The notes: a model not told the origin generated them from the sequence alone. A stretch of DNA of 64,000 bases from Candidatus Poribacteria bacterium (GCA_963665235.2 CAXXLX010000001.1:544001-608000); one strand, 5' to 3'. Shown: positions 1 to 12,500, counted from the stretch's first letter. Translations and numbers: made by a program.

Positions 1-393
1 GCTCTCGTGAATGGATGAACCGTTATGCGCAAACGCATTGCGTTGCATCCCCCACGCCTGATTGAGATAATCTTCTGAGCCGGTGCCGTGCAAATCCGGT
101 GGCCACTTATAGCCATCTATCCAAATCATATCATCGCCTTCACCCCACCATGTGCCTTGGAAGTTGGTAACCGACAGATTACAACCGATATAGTGCCCTC
201 TCCCTTCGGCAGACAGGATAAGATAGTTGTTATCCCATGCGAGTCGTTCCGCATTGATGATATCCGCTTCCGCCGTGTTGACTTTGATTTCGTGTCCCCA
301 GCCATCACACGGATTTTCGCGATGAAATTGTGCATGAAAATGTGCCACATCCTCACCGTGGGGTGTCGGGTATAACTCGTAAACCATCAACAT
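1..393 (-). pseudogene. 5'-truncated DUF2961/GH172-family glycoside hydrolase, running off the window start
   Basis: My translation of a frame missing from the ORF track gives FHAQFHRENP...NYLILSAEGRGHYIGCNLSV...WWGEGDDMIWIDG...LHGTGSEDYLNQAWG, typical GH172 motifs. The expected N-terminal part is absent and an IS605 end lies ~55 bp upstream. Confidence 0.75.
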
Positions 394-462
394 AAGTCAT
401 AGTTCAATTTTCCTATATATGCATCACACTGCGAATTCATGTTGTAGTGATACTCACAACGC

Positions 463-1752
463 CTAAAGGCGTGTGCTTCTTTGCCTCCTCAGGGGAGGCT
501 TACTTGATTTGAGCCCCGAAAACGGGGACCACTTATCAAGTCGACGCAGGTGCGGATTAAACCGAACACCTGTGGGGGATACCACAGCCCCGACTACAGG
601 GTTGAAAAGCCAGCCCTGATACTTTGTCAAAATGTTGCTTGCCCACACAACGTCTCTGTGTCCGTTCCAACCGCATTTAGAACAGTGGTAATTTCTGCCA
701 CTCGGCTTCTTGCGATTACGGCAACTCGGACAAGTTTGTGAGGTATAGGCTTCGTTTTCTGTCTCAACGTTGATGCCTACCGCTTTTGCTTTGTAGGTTA
801 TCAGGTGTTCGATTTTTGAGAAAGACCACTGGTGCAACTTCTGATTGGCGTTTTTGCTATAGTTAATAGATTGTCGTATGTGCTTAATGTCACCAATGAC
901 AATCGTTTCTATCCTTCGCTCTCGGCAGGAAGAAACAAATCGAGACGTGATTTTGTGACGCATATCACGTAATTGATTAGCAAGCGATGCAAGCGTTCTA
1001 TCTTTAGCACGTTTTAGTTTTTTCCAACGCTTGCTATAACGTTTGCACCTTGATAGTTTTTGGTTGATTTTCGCCTTAAACTTTTCGCAATACCTTGCTT
1101 TACTTCGGATTTCGCGGCCGTTATAAATCTCGGAATTAAGTCCATCAAAAGCAACAATCGGATGTATTTCGCCCATGTCCACAGCAACCACAGTACCCGC
1201 TTTTACTTTTGTCCGCTTCGGTTGCGTTACGTAGGTTGCGTGGAACTCGTATTGTTTCGTGGTTCGGTTATAGACAAGTGAGACTTCAGCGGGCACTTTC
1301 TTATGGAACTTCTTATCAATCTTAATCCAGAGTGGGTCTCTGCCTTTGCCCAGAGAAAGCCGTAGCTTACCGTGCTTGTAGGTGATACCTGTAGCACGCC
1401 ACGTGAAAGTATGGAACTTATGCTTTGGAGGCTTTGCTTTGGGATTAGAAGCTTTATTAGAAAAGAAAGAACGCCTTGCACCGCAATAGTCGTCTATGAT
1501 TGCCTGAACGCTATGGGCATGGCAGGGATACCGCTTGAATTTGAGATATGCCTTAAGTCCACCGTCTGAAATCCAAAAGCCTTTTCGCCTGTGTGTTTTG
1601 AACGCAAGCGATACCGTTTTTGAATAGATACGACCGCCAAGCCGATTCATCTCGTCTAACTGCTCTGTAGGCTTGGCGGTTCCTATGATATAAGTGAGAT
1701 AATCATTTTTGGACCTAGACATTCTTTTCATCCTCAATATACTTTTTGACAA
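463..1752 (-). CDS. tnpB: RNA-guided endonuclease TnpB
   Basis: RuvC-I VDMG, CPSC/CSKC zinc finger, RuvC-III HRD; lies downstream of tnpA. Confidence 0.93.
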   Translation of the reverse strand: MSKSILRMKRMSRSKNDYLTYIIGTAKPTEQLDEMNRLGGRIYSKTVSLAFKTHRRKGFWISDGGLKAYLKFKRYPCHAHSVQAIIDDYCGARRSFFSNKASNPKAKPPKHKFHTFTWRATGITYKHGKLRLSLGKGRDPLWIKIDKKFHKKVPAEVSLVYNRTTKQYEFHATYVTQPKRTKVKAGTVVAVDMGEIHPIVAFDGLNSEIYNGREIRSKARYCEKFKAKINQKLSRCKRYSKRWKKLKRAKDRTLASLANQLRDMRHKITSRFVSSCRERRIETIVIGDIKHIRQSINYSKNANQKLHQWSFSKIEHLITYKAKAVGINVETENEAYTSQTCPSCRNRKKPSGRNYHCSKCGWNGHRDVVWASNILTKYQGWLFNPVVGAVVSPTGVRFNPHLRRLDKWSPFSGLKSSKPPLRRQRSTRL

Positions 1753-2128
1753 CTTCTAAGGATACACACCCAACCGACGATATGAATTTGGAACGCGTCC
1801 ACAGAGAGGGTAAACCGGATTTTAGGTGTGGAAATCCCTCACGCAAGACTTTAGAGGTGAAACCTTTTAGCATCCAAACTGTCCGAGTGACTGGCACTTT
1901 CGGATTGGTTTCTATGATAAGATGCACAGGGTCTTCCATCACCTCACTGGCACACACCTTAAAATCTAAATCGGTTTGTTTGGAGCATATCAGCTGATGC
2001 AACCGTTCTTGTATAGGTTCGGTTAAAACCTTGCGCCGATACTTCGGACACCAGATAACAGGATACTGACAACTATAGACAAGGTTCGTATCAGAATACC
2101 AACTCTTTTCTGGGTTCTTAATAAACAT
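1715..2128 (-). CDS. tnpA: IS200-type Y1 transposase TnpA with a degenerate HUH motif
   Basis: WCPKYRRKVL, LWTRSKF and KKYIE motifs. The HUH motif reads DPVH instead of DHVH. Confidence 0.9.
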   Translation of the reverse strand: MFIKNPEKSWYSDTNLVYSCQYPVIWCPKYRRKVLTEPIQERLHQLICSKQTDLDFKVCASEVMEDPVHLIIETNPKVPVTRTVWMLKGFTSKVLREGFPHLKSGLPSLWTRSKFISSVGCVSLEVVKKYIEDEKNV

Positions 2129-2346
2129 TATACTATATCCTTTATCTGTTAGTTTCTCTAATATAGGATAACATATTTTTTAGATAATGTCAACTATTTT
2201 AGCTGTCACAGAGGCACGGGCGTTACGGGGTTGGACCCACAGCTAAAGCAGTGGGATTGTTAAGTGAGTCCCTTCACTATCAATTATAACACATCCATAC
2301 AAAAAAGCAACAGAAAAATCTATTTCTCAGCCGCTGTCCCGATTAT

Positions 2347-2844
2347 CAAGTCTTCCGCTACAAAACCCCCGTGCTTTAGCTGGGGGATGTAGTAGCGGCG
2401 CATGAGCTAAAATTTTAATTTGACTTTTGCATTAAAATGTGGTATAATATATATATCATCAGTGGTTCGGATTACCACCTTCAACGCCACCAATGTTGAA
2501 GTTCCGAACCTCAACCTATGGTAGGGTTGTGTGCTGATGTTCTGGCGATACCCAGTCAATATCCACATTTTTGTGCAATGCTTTCGGTATCCAAAAGACG
2601 GGTCATGCTGCATTGGATACCAAAGCACTGATTCACAAGCATAAAGAAGGTGCGAAGCACGAGGGCAGGGCATTGTCCTTTGAGTTAGGGGCAGTAAGAC
2701 TTGGAACAGCCCAAGCATCTCCGTTGAGGATGTCCTCGGTGGGACCTCGGACGTTCACACGTCTGAAAACCACAATCCAATAGCTAACGCGTAGCGGAAC
2801 TTTTTAAAAGAATCTCCCTTGCTTTAGCTGGGAGAGTATGTCAA
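2347..2844 (+). mobile_element. Non-autonomous, ORF-less IS605 derivative
   Basis: Left end: TTAT target, 15 nt, AAAA, hairpin CCCCCGTGCTTTAGCTGGGGG. Right end: GAAT, hairpin CTCCCTTGCTTTAGCTGGGAG, then AGTATGTCAA. No credible ORF between the ends. Confidence 0.85.
2420..2448 (+). promoter_or_regulatory. Sigma70 promoter inside the ORF-less IS605 derivative
   Basis: TTGACT-17 nt-TATAAT with an extended -10 TG. Confidence 0.8.
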
Positions 2845-2864
2845 GTACTCAAACTTGACTATCA
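2455..2864 (+). ncRNA. Putative stand-alone TnpB omegaRNA (reRNA)-like RNA including a flanking guide
   Basis: Series of hairpins, a GTAAGAC-hairpin-GCATCTCCGTTGA segment resembling tnpB 3'-end scaffolds, and an end at the right-end TCAA followed by flank. Confidence 0.55.
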
Positions 2865-3066
2865 ACCCTGTAATGAGACGCAGTGTTTATTGCCACAGGT
2901 GTTAGATATTCCGTTGAAATTGCGGTAAATTGATGGGTTTCGCTTTTTTGGCGATTAGCGATTGGCGATTAGCAAATAGCAAGAGGAAGAGGGGTTTGAC
3001 GCGCAGCAGAGATATGCTTAGCATCACAACCTTCTTGCTAATTGCCAAACTGCCAAAGAAGGAGGT

Positions 3067-3425
3067 ATGATTATGTTTTCACGGCTTCAAGCTCATCGGG
3101 ACAGACGGAAAAGACGATTCGATGAAGCTAGAACCGAAGGAAAAGCCGAAGGTAAAACCGAGGCTTACCGAACGCGAGTTTGAAAAAAGTTTTGACCTAG
3201 AGCGTTCTCTGGTAGTTTTAGCAAAAAACAGCACAAACTAGGAAGTATGTGCTACAATTATGCTGCTTTTTTCTCGGTGAAACAGGTTTAGAGCAAACGG
3301 ATATTTATTATCAAGCTCACGTTTACCGAGAAATCGCTGAATGGAATAGCAGACGGCTCAACGCACTGGCACGAAATGAACCATTCACCGAACTGTTCCC
3401 TGAACCGCCTGACACTACTCATTAG
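3067..3425 (+). pseudogene. Small hypothetical protein interrupted by a MITE
   Basis: AAGGAGG RBS. Removing 3171-3328 restores the frame MIMFSRLQ...EGKAEGKTEAYR|EIAEWNSRRLNALARNEPF...stop. Confidence 0.7.
3171..3323 (-). mobile_element. MITE family A copy 1 (153 bp)
   Basis: 13-bp TIR AACGYGAGYTTGA; 5-bp TSD TACCG. Confidence 0.9.
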
Positions 3426-3528
3426 CGATTGGCGATTGGCGATTGGCAAGAAATATAAGAGGGTTCTTTCTCTTGCTAATTGCCAACTGCCAACTGCAAC
3501 CTTAACAATATTGTAGGCTAAGTTTATC

Positions 3529-6500
3529 CTACCTGTTAGATTTTACAGATGCCCAGGTCCGGAACTGTTTGCCAGAGGCGGATACATGTCCACGCATCCG
3601 AACCGTCTGCAGCTGTTCACGCACACCGCTAAACGACACATCCTCTATACGATAGTAATACGAAACATTCGGCTTCGCTGTTGTGTCTTTCCATTCATAC
3701 TGCTGACGCTCACCGGTCGTGCCAGCACCCTGAATTAGCTCAGCATTAATCTGTTTGAACGCACCGGTCCGCGACTCACTGCGATAGATATTGAACCCCG
3801 CATTGTCTAACTCGGACTCGGTCGTCCACTTCAGCACAACTTCTGTCCCTGTGAACAGCGCATCGAAATGCGACAACGATACAGGTAAATAACCCCCCTG
3901 ACGATAGCCCGGATTACCAATATCTGTGCTATGTCCCCAGTAAGTTCTAAAACTGAGTTTCAAATCCTTCGCTATTTTCCAACTTGAGAGTTCTGTGCCG
4001 GGAAGCGGTGCCCCATTTTCATACTTACGGATTAATGAATTTCTATATCCCTCTAACGTTTTGCCAGCGGGCAGTTGCCAGGCGGGTTTGTCCATCGTCT
4101 TGGCATCACCATCAAGGTTGCCAATCTTATCAACCATTTTACCGTTGGCATCGGACAGCATCAGACTAAACCCGGCACTACTTAACAACAAATATCGGTT
4201 TACGTTAAATAGTTCACTTATACCGGGCATGTCTGTGTGCTGCACTGACAAATCGTACACTTTGTGCTCTGGGAAATGCCCAGAGTTGGAGCTTTTCTGC
4301 GTTACGATTAGCAACGTCTGTTTCGGGCCGACGTGAACGCCCTCAAAGGTGAAACCCCACGTTGTGTTTCGCAACGTGTTCGGTTCAGGTTTCACTTCTA
4401 AGTTAAACTGCCACCCTCTCAGGTCAACAGTTTTGTTAGAGGTATTGTAAAATTCTATCCACTGCGGGGCTGCACGACCGAAGTCTCGCGTAGCGAACAT
4501 TAGCTCACTGATAGAAACCGGACCACTCGGCAGATTCTTGCCCTTCGGGTAATCGTTGAGATGGCCGGGGGTGCCGAGACTGGTTGTCTTCGGGGCATCC
4601 TTATCGTAGCCGCGCCCCTCCTGGTATCCGCTGGCTGTCCACGCCGCTGCGAGATAGCCGGGCAACTTCTTCGTTGCGGTCGTGCCGGGTATTTTCTTAT
4701 CGGTCCGCCGCCACGCTGCATCCAGGGCGAAGACTGGACGTATTCCTGTCGGTTTCTGAATATACAGGGGCCACATCAACGTTTCGTGGTCCAGATTGTT
4801 CGGCCAATAGGTGCTGGCTACATCAACAATCGCTTCGGAGGTGCCAATTCTATCCTTCTTCTCACGCAAAGTGAGAAGGTATTTCTCCTCGACCGGAAGC
4901 GGAAGTTTCAACGCTTTGGTGGTGATATACCTTGAGACGTTCCAGCTTTCCAGAACAGCCTCATCCCAGCGTCCGGTATAGATGTCAATTCCCGCTGCGA
5001 TGGCGGTTTTCTCCGTCGCACTGTTGAGAATCAAAAGGATATGGTTCGGCAGCAACTCGTAACTTGGAAGTGTGATAATCTTTTTCTCTTCCAGGGTCTT
5101 GCCGTTGCCTGTTACGATGCCGATTTCCCAATCTCCAAGATTAACGCTCCGCTGTCCTACGTTCTTCAGTTCTATCCAGTCATTTTTATCCTCGGTGCCG
5201 TTGTATATCTCGTTGAAGATGACTTTGCCGAAATCGGAGCCATATTCCTCTGTAGACCCTGTGTCAACCAGTTGCGACTCGGTTTCAAAATCAATCGTTA
5301 TACTCACATCTGCAGCAGGCCCATTTCGGACACCGTCTGTCCCCGCATTCACCTTCACAGTGAGGACGATTTCGCCAGCAGTATCAACAGGGGGCGTGAT
5401 GGTAACCGTGTAGTCCGTGCCGCTGCCTGTCAAAGTGAATGTCGCATCGTCTATGCCATACATCCGAGTTGTCGTCAATGTCATATCGCCCAATTCAAAC
5501 CCGTTGACAGGTTTGGAGAAGGTAATATCGACATCAAACGGACCCGTCTGCACATCTTGCGGCACTGTGAAGCGGACCGTCGGTACTGTTGTATCAAAAG
5601 CGATACTTTCGGATGTTCTAACGGCAGTCGGCACATCATACACACCATCGTTTGCAGCATCAGCACGGACTTGAACCTGTAACGTGCCTTTGGCATTGGC
5701 GGGCACGGTGATTGTGGTTGTATAGTTGGCACCTTCACCTGTCAATACTGATGAAACGGTGCCGCCGCTGGTATCGGCACGCGTTGTGATAAGGGTAATA
5801 TCATCTGTTTCAAACTCCGTGACAGGTTTGGAGAAGGTGATACCGACATCAAACGTGTTGTTAAGTTGCGTTCCCGAAGGTTCGCTGAAAACTAGCGTCG
5901 TCGGATTCGTATTCACAGGTGGCGTGTTAACCGGGTTCGTATTCACAGGTGGCGTGTTAACCGGGTTCGTATTCGCAGGTGGCGTGTTAACCGGGTTCGT
6001 ATTCGCAGGTGGCGTGTTAACCGGGTTCGTATTCGCAGGTGGCGTGTTAACCGGGTTCGTATTCGCAGGTGGCGTGTTAACCGGGTTCGTATTCGCAGGT
6101 GGCGTGTTAACCGGGTTCGTATTCGCAGGTGGCGTGTTAACGGATGTATCAAAATTTACCGATACACTGGTATCTGCAACAGGTCCGTTGCGCACGCCAT
6201 CCGTCGCTGCATCTGCTTTCACGGTGAGGGCAATATCCCCCGCAGCATTCGCAGGTGGAGTGAGGGTAGCCGTGTAGTCGGTGCCGCTGCCCGTCAAAGT
6301 GAATGTCGCATCGCCTGTGCCACTTGTCCGAGTTGTTGTCAATGTCATATCGCCTACTTCAAACCCGGTGACAGACTTCGAGAAGGTGATACCGACATCA
6401 AAGGCACTCGCCTGCACACCTTGCGGCACTGTGAAACTGACCGTCGGGAGTGTCGTATCAAAAGCGATACTTGCCGACATTTGAGCGGTAGTCGGCACAT

Positions 6501-9500
6501 CGTGTGTGCCATCGTTGGCAGCATTTGCAGCAATTGAAAGCGTGGCACTTCCTGCCGCATCGGTTGGCGATGTAATCGTAGCTGTCCAAGACGTACCCGA
6601 ACCGCTCAACGATACCGAGGCAGTGCCAGAGGTGCTCGCCACTGTGATGTCACTTGCCGCAAACCCGGTGACCGATTTAGAGAAGGTAATACCAACATTA
6701 AACGTGTTGGCGCGTTGCGTCCCCGAAGGTTCACTGAAAACTAGCGTAGCCGGGGTCGTATTCACAGGCGGTGTGTTAATCGGATCCGAAAGCACCGGGG
6801 GCGTGTTAATCGGATCTGTATTCAGAGGCGGCTTGCTAACCTGTGTATCAAAAGATACCGATACACTCGCATTTTCAGCCGGTCCGTTGCGCACACCATC
6901 CGACGCTGCATCCGCTTTCACAGTGAAAACGACTCGACCGATAGCATCCGCAGGCGGGGTGAGGGTAGCCGTGTAGTCGGTGCCGCTACCCGTCAAAGTG
7001 AATGTCGCATCGCCTGTGCCACTTGTCCGAGTTGTTGTCAAGGTCATATCGCCTACTTCAAACCCAGTGACAGACCTGGAGAAGGTGATATCGACATCAA
7101 ACGGACCTGTCTGGACATTTGGCGGCACTGTGAAACTGACCGTCGGCGTTGTAGTGTCAAATGTAATAGCAGCGGAGCTGACGTTGCTTTCAGGTGCACT
7201 GCGGGCACCATCCGTTACTGAATCGCCTGAGATTTCCAACGTGACAGCACCTTTTGCCTCCGTGGGCGAGGTAACTGTAGCGGTATAAGAGGTGCCTGAA
7301 CCGCTGAGCGTCACTGTGGCATCGCCGGAGCCATTGGTGTGTGTTGTGTTCACCGTTATGTCACTTGCCTCAAAACCTGTGACCGATTTAGAAAAGGTAA
7401 TCGGTACATCAAATGTATCTGCTACCTGTGTGCCCGGGGGTTCCGTGAAGCTGACCGTTGCCACCGTGGTATCGTAGGCGATGGGTTGTGATGTCTCCGT
7501 GGTTGCCGGCACCTCATTTGCCCTATCATACGCGGCATGTTTGCCGACAGCTAATGTCACCGTGCCTTCGGCTGTTGTCGGTGAGGTCACCGTTGCGGTG
7601 TAAGACTTGCCGGAACCGCTCAACGTGAACGTGGCATTGCCGGAGCCGCTGGTGTGGGTTGTGGCAATTGTGATGTCACCCGCTTCAAACCCTTGGACAT
7701 CTTTGGAGAAGGTAATCCCAACGTCAAACGTTTTCGCTATCTGGACACCCTTCGGTTCACTGAAATTCACCGTGCCTTGTGTCGTATCAAAAGGGATAGG
7801 ATTAGACACTGCTATGTTTGCTGGGGCAGTGCGTGTACCATCCGTAACAGCATTTGCGGCGACGTAAAGGATGATGATACCTTTGGCATTTGTCGGTGAG
7901 ATGACCGAGGCGGAGTAGTCAAGGGATAAGCCCGATATGACCAACGTCACTGAGGCTGTGCCCGTGCTACTCGTCACGGTGATGTCGCTTGCATCAAACC
8001 CCGTAATATTCTTAGAGAAGGTAATCGGAACGGCAAAGCCGCTGCCTAACTGTGTGCCTACGGGTTCATCGAAACTCACCGTTGCCACCGTCGTATCAAA
8101 ACTAATCGCATCGGAGGTCGCTTTACTTGCTGGACCGGTGCGGGTGCCATCTGTTACCGAGTCTGCCGCAACTTCCAAGGTGATAGTCCCTTTCGTTGCC
8201 GTGGGAGATGTCACCGTTGCGGTGTAGGAAGTACCCGAACCGCTCAATGACACTGAGGCATTGCCACTGCTACTTGTCACGGTGATGTCACTCGCAGCAA
8301 ATCCTGTGACAGACTTGGAGATGGTAATCCCAACGTTAAACGTGTCTCTGTATTGTGTGCCTACAGGTTCTGTAAAGTCTACCGTTGCGACCGTCGTATC
8401 AAAACTAATCGCATCCGATGTCGCTTTACTTGCAGGACCCGTGCGCGTGCCATCCGTGACTGCATTTTTCGCAACTTCTAAGGTGATGGTGCCTTTGGCT
8501 GCCGTGGGTGAGGTCACCGTGGCGGTGTAGTCTTTGCCTGAACCGCTCAATGACACCGAAGCAGTGCCGGTGCTACTTGTCACTGTAATGTCACTGGCAG
8601 CAAATCCTGTGACAGACTTGGAGATGGTAATCGGAACGTCGAAAGTATTTGCTACCTGGATGCCTGCCGGTTCTGTAAAGTCTACCGTTGCGACTGTCGT
8701 ATCAAAACTAATCGCATCCGATGTGGCTTTACTTGCTGGACCTGTGCGGGTGCCATCCGTAACAGCATCTTTCGCAACTGCCAAGGTGATAGTCCCTTTT
8801 GCTGCCGTGGGTGAGGTCACCGTGGCGGTGTAGTCTTTGCCGGAACCGCTCAATGACACAGAGGCAGTGCCGGTGCTACTTGTCACTGTAATGTCACTGG
8901 CAGCAAATCCTGTGACACTCTTATTGAAGGTGATAGGCACATCAAACGTATTTGCTACTTGTGTTCCTGCCGGTTCTGTGAAAGTCACCGTTGCAACTGT
9001 TGTATCAAAACTAATCGCATCGGAGGTGACTTTGCTTGCAGGCCCCGTGCGCGTGCCATCCGTAACAGCATCTTTCGCAACTTCCAACGTGATAGTCCCT
9101 TTCGCTGTTGTCGGTGAGGTCACCGTGGCGGTATAGGAAGTGCCGGAACCGCTTAACGTTACCGTGGCATCACCTGAGCCGCTTGTGCGCGTCGTCGTTA
9201 CCGTAATATCGCTCGCTACAAATCCTGTGACAGACTTAGAGATGGTAATCGGAACGTCAAAGGTGGCTCCATACTGTGTGCCTGCCGGTTCTGTAAAGTC
9301 TACCGTTGCGACTGTTGTATCAAAGCTAATCGCATCGGAGGTGGCTTTACTAGCAGGACCGGTGCGTGTGCCATCCGTGACAGCATTTTTCGCAACCTCC
9401 AACGTGATAGTCCCTTTCGCTGCCGTGGGCGAGGTAACCGTGGCGGTATAGGAAGTCCCCGAACCGCTTAACGTTACCGTAGCATCGCCTGAGCCGCTTG

Positions 9501-12500
9501 TGCGCGTCGTCGTCACCGTGATGTCGCTTGCTACAAACCCTGTGACGCTCTTAGAAATGGTAATCGGCACGTCAAACGTATTTGCTACCTGCGTTCCTTC
9601 CGGTTCGGTGAAGCTGACCGTTGCGACTGTTGTATCAAAGCTAATCGCATCGGAGGTGGCTTTACTAGCAGGACCGGTGCGTGTGCCATCCGTGACAGCA
9701 TTTTTCGCAACTTCCAACGTGATAGTCCCTTTCGCTGCCGTGGGTGATGTCACTGTGGCGGTATAGGAAGTACCTGAACCGCTCAACGTTACCGTGGCAT
9801 CGCCTGAGCCACTCGTGCGCGTCGTCGTCACCGTAATATCGCTCGCTGCAAACCCTGTGACGCTCTTGGAGATAGTGATCGGCACGTCAAACGTATCTGC
9901 TACCTGCGTTCCTTCCGGTTCTGTGAAATCTACCGTTGCGACTGTTGTATCAAAGCTAATCGCATCGGAGGTGGCTTTGCTTGCAGGCCCCGAGCGTGTG
10001 CCATCCGAGACTGAGTGCGCGGAGATTTCCAGCCTTACCGTACCTTTCGCTGCTGAGGGTAAAGAAATCGTAGCGGTCCAAGAGGTACCTGAACCGCTCA
10101 ACGTTACTGTGGCATTACCCGTGCCGCTTGTGCGCGTCGTTGCCACGGTGAGGTCGGGGCCAGCCTCCTTGGGATCCGGTACCGTTGAAAACCCAGTAAC
10201 GCTCTTATTGAAGGTAATCGGGAGGTCAAACGTTGCTGCTACTTGTGTACCTTCGGGTTCTGTGAAACTCACCGTCGGTACTCTGGTATCAAAAGAGATT
10301 GTCCCGGTTTCTGTCGCACTGGACGGTCCCTCATGTTCTCCTGTATCTTCCACAGCATCCGCCTGCATGGAGAGGTTAACGGTGCCTGCAGCATTTGCTG
10401 GAAGTGTGATTTTCGCTGTGAAGTTGGTGCCAGAGCTGCCGACGATTCCCCCGACACCTGGTATACGGAATGTCGCATCACCTGTACCACTGGTGCGCGT
10501 CGTCGTCAACGTCAAATCGTTTAATTCAAAATCCAAAATGAACTTGGAGAATTTAATCGGCACATCAAAATTGGTTACCTGCACACCTTGTGGCACCGTG
10601 TAGGTGGCTGACGGCGTTGTGTTGTCAAAACTGATAGACTCGGATGTCGTTGCACTGACAGGACCGCTGCGATTTTGGCTATCAGCTACTGCGTCTTTGG
10701 CGACTTGTAGTGTGATGGTGCCTTTCGTTTCCGTGGATGGCGTAACATTAACAGAGTAACCAGCACCTGAACCTAAAAGCGTAAACGTTGCATTGCCGGT
10801 GCCACTGGTAAGCGTCGTCGTTATCGTAATATCGCTGGCGGCAAACCCTGTGACAGACTTACCGAAGGCAATCGGCACACTAAACGTATCTTCGTATTGT
10901 ATGCCTACGGGTTCTCCGAAAGTCACCGATGGCGGTGCCGTATCAAAGCTGATAGCATCGGAGGTCGTTTTACTGGCAGGACCGGTGCGCGTGCCATCCG
11001 TAACCGAGTCTGCTGCAACCGCCAGTGTAACGGTGCCTTTCGCATTTGTCGGCACGGTGATTGCGGCTGTATAGTCTTTGCCGGAGCCGCTGAGGGTGAA
11101 CGTTGCATCCCCCGTGCCACTCGTGCGCGTTGTCGTGATCGTGATGTCAGCCGCTGCAAATCCTGTAACGCTCTTAGAGAACGTGATAGGCAGGTCAAAG
11201 TTAGTAGCTTGTCCCACCGTGGGTTCCGTGAAATCTACCGTTGCCACCGTCGTATCAAAACTAATCGCAGAAGAGGTGGCTTTGCTGGCAGGACCCGTGC
11301 GTGTACCATCTGTTACAGAGTCTGCTGCAACAGCCAACGTGATGGTACCCTTTGCTGCTGTCGGTGAGGTCACCGTGGCGGTATAAGATGAACCAGAACC
11401 GCTCAACGCCACCGTGGCATCCCCTGTGCCGCTTGTGCGCGTCGTCGTCACCGTGATGTCACTCGCTGTAAATTCTGCGACAGACTTAGAGATCGTGATA
11501 GGCACGGTAAAGGTGTTCCCGTACTGTGATCCTTCGGGTTCCGTGAAACTCACCGTTGGCGGTGTGGTATCAAAACTAATCGCATCGGAGTCAGTTTTCT
11601 GTGAAGGACCTGTGCGCGTACCATCGGTGACAGCACCTTTGGCAACTGCCAGTGTAACGGTGCCTTTCGCATTTGTCGGCACGGTGATTGTGGCTGTGTA
11701 GACTTTGCCAGAACCGCTGAGCGTGAACGTGGCATCGCCGGAGCCACTCGTGCGCGTGGTATTGATCGTAATATCGTCCGATGTAAACCCGGTAACGCTC
11801 TTAGAGAACGTAATCTCAACGCTGAAGTTCTTGGCTTGGACATCCGTGGGTTCCGTGAAATCCACTGTCGGCGGTGTCGTGTCAAAACTAATCGCATCGG
11901 AGTCAGTTTTCTGTGAAGGACCTGTGCGCGTACCATCTGTTACCGAACCCCCGGCGACTTCCAGCCTGATAGTGCCTTTCGCGTTTGTCGGCACGGTGAT
12001 TGTGGCTTTGTAGTCCTTGCCGGAGCCGCTGAGCGTGAACGTTGCATCCCCTGTACCACTCGTGCGCGTGGTGTTGAGGTTGATGTCAGCCGCTGCAAAT
12101 CCTGTAACGCTCTTAGAGAACGTGATAGGCAGGTCAAAGGTCGTTACCTGTGTGCTCGTGGGTTCCGTGAAATCTACTTTCGGCACCGTGGTATCAAAAC
12201 TCATCGCATCGGATGTCGCTTTGCTTGCAGGCCCCGTGCGCGTCCCATCCGTTACCGAGTCTGCGGCAACTTCCAAGGTGATAGTGCCTTTGGCTGCAGT
12301 CGGTGATGTCACCGTTGCGGTCCAAGAGGTACCTGAACCATTCAATGTGAACGTAGCATTGCCTGTGCCGCTTGTGCGCGTTGTTTTTATCGTAATATCG
12401 GCCGCTGCAAATCCTGTGACGCTCTTACTGAAAGTAATCGGCACGTCAAACGTATTTGTCACTTGTGTGCCTGTGGGCTCCGTGAAATCTACCGTTGCGA

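Larger units (their letters stand above)
447..2272 (-). mobile_element. IS200/IS605-family element (tnpA + tnpB)
   Basis: On the minus strand the left end reads TGAA target, 13 nt, CAAT guide, hairpin CCCACTGCTTTAGCTGTGGG. The right end reads GAAG, hairpin CACACGCCTTTAGGCGTTGTG, and terminal TCAC at 447. Both guide/cleavage pairs fit the IS608 pairing rule. Confidence 0.85.

Noticed and set aside
2407-2783. ORFs 2407..2718 and 2571..2783
   Set aside because: No recognisable motifs or RBS; the region is better explained as structured RNA.
2951-3500. Heptamer GCGATTR runs with flanking inverted repeats as a distinct system
   Set aside because: Short degenerate intergenic repeats or terminator-like hairpins; too little evidence for more.
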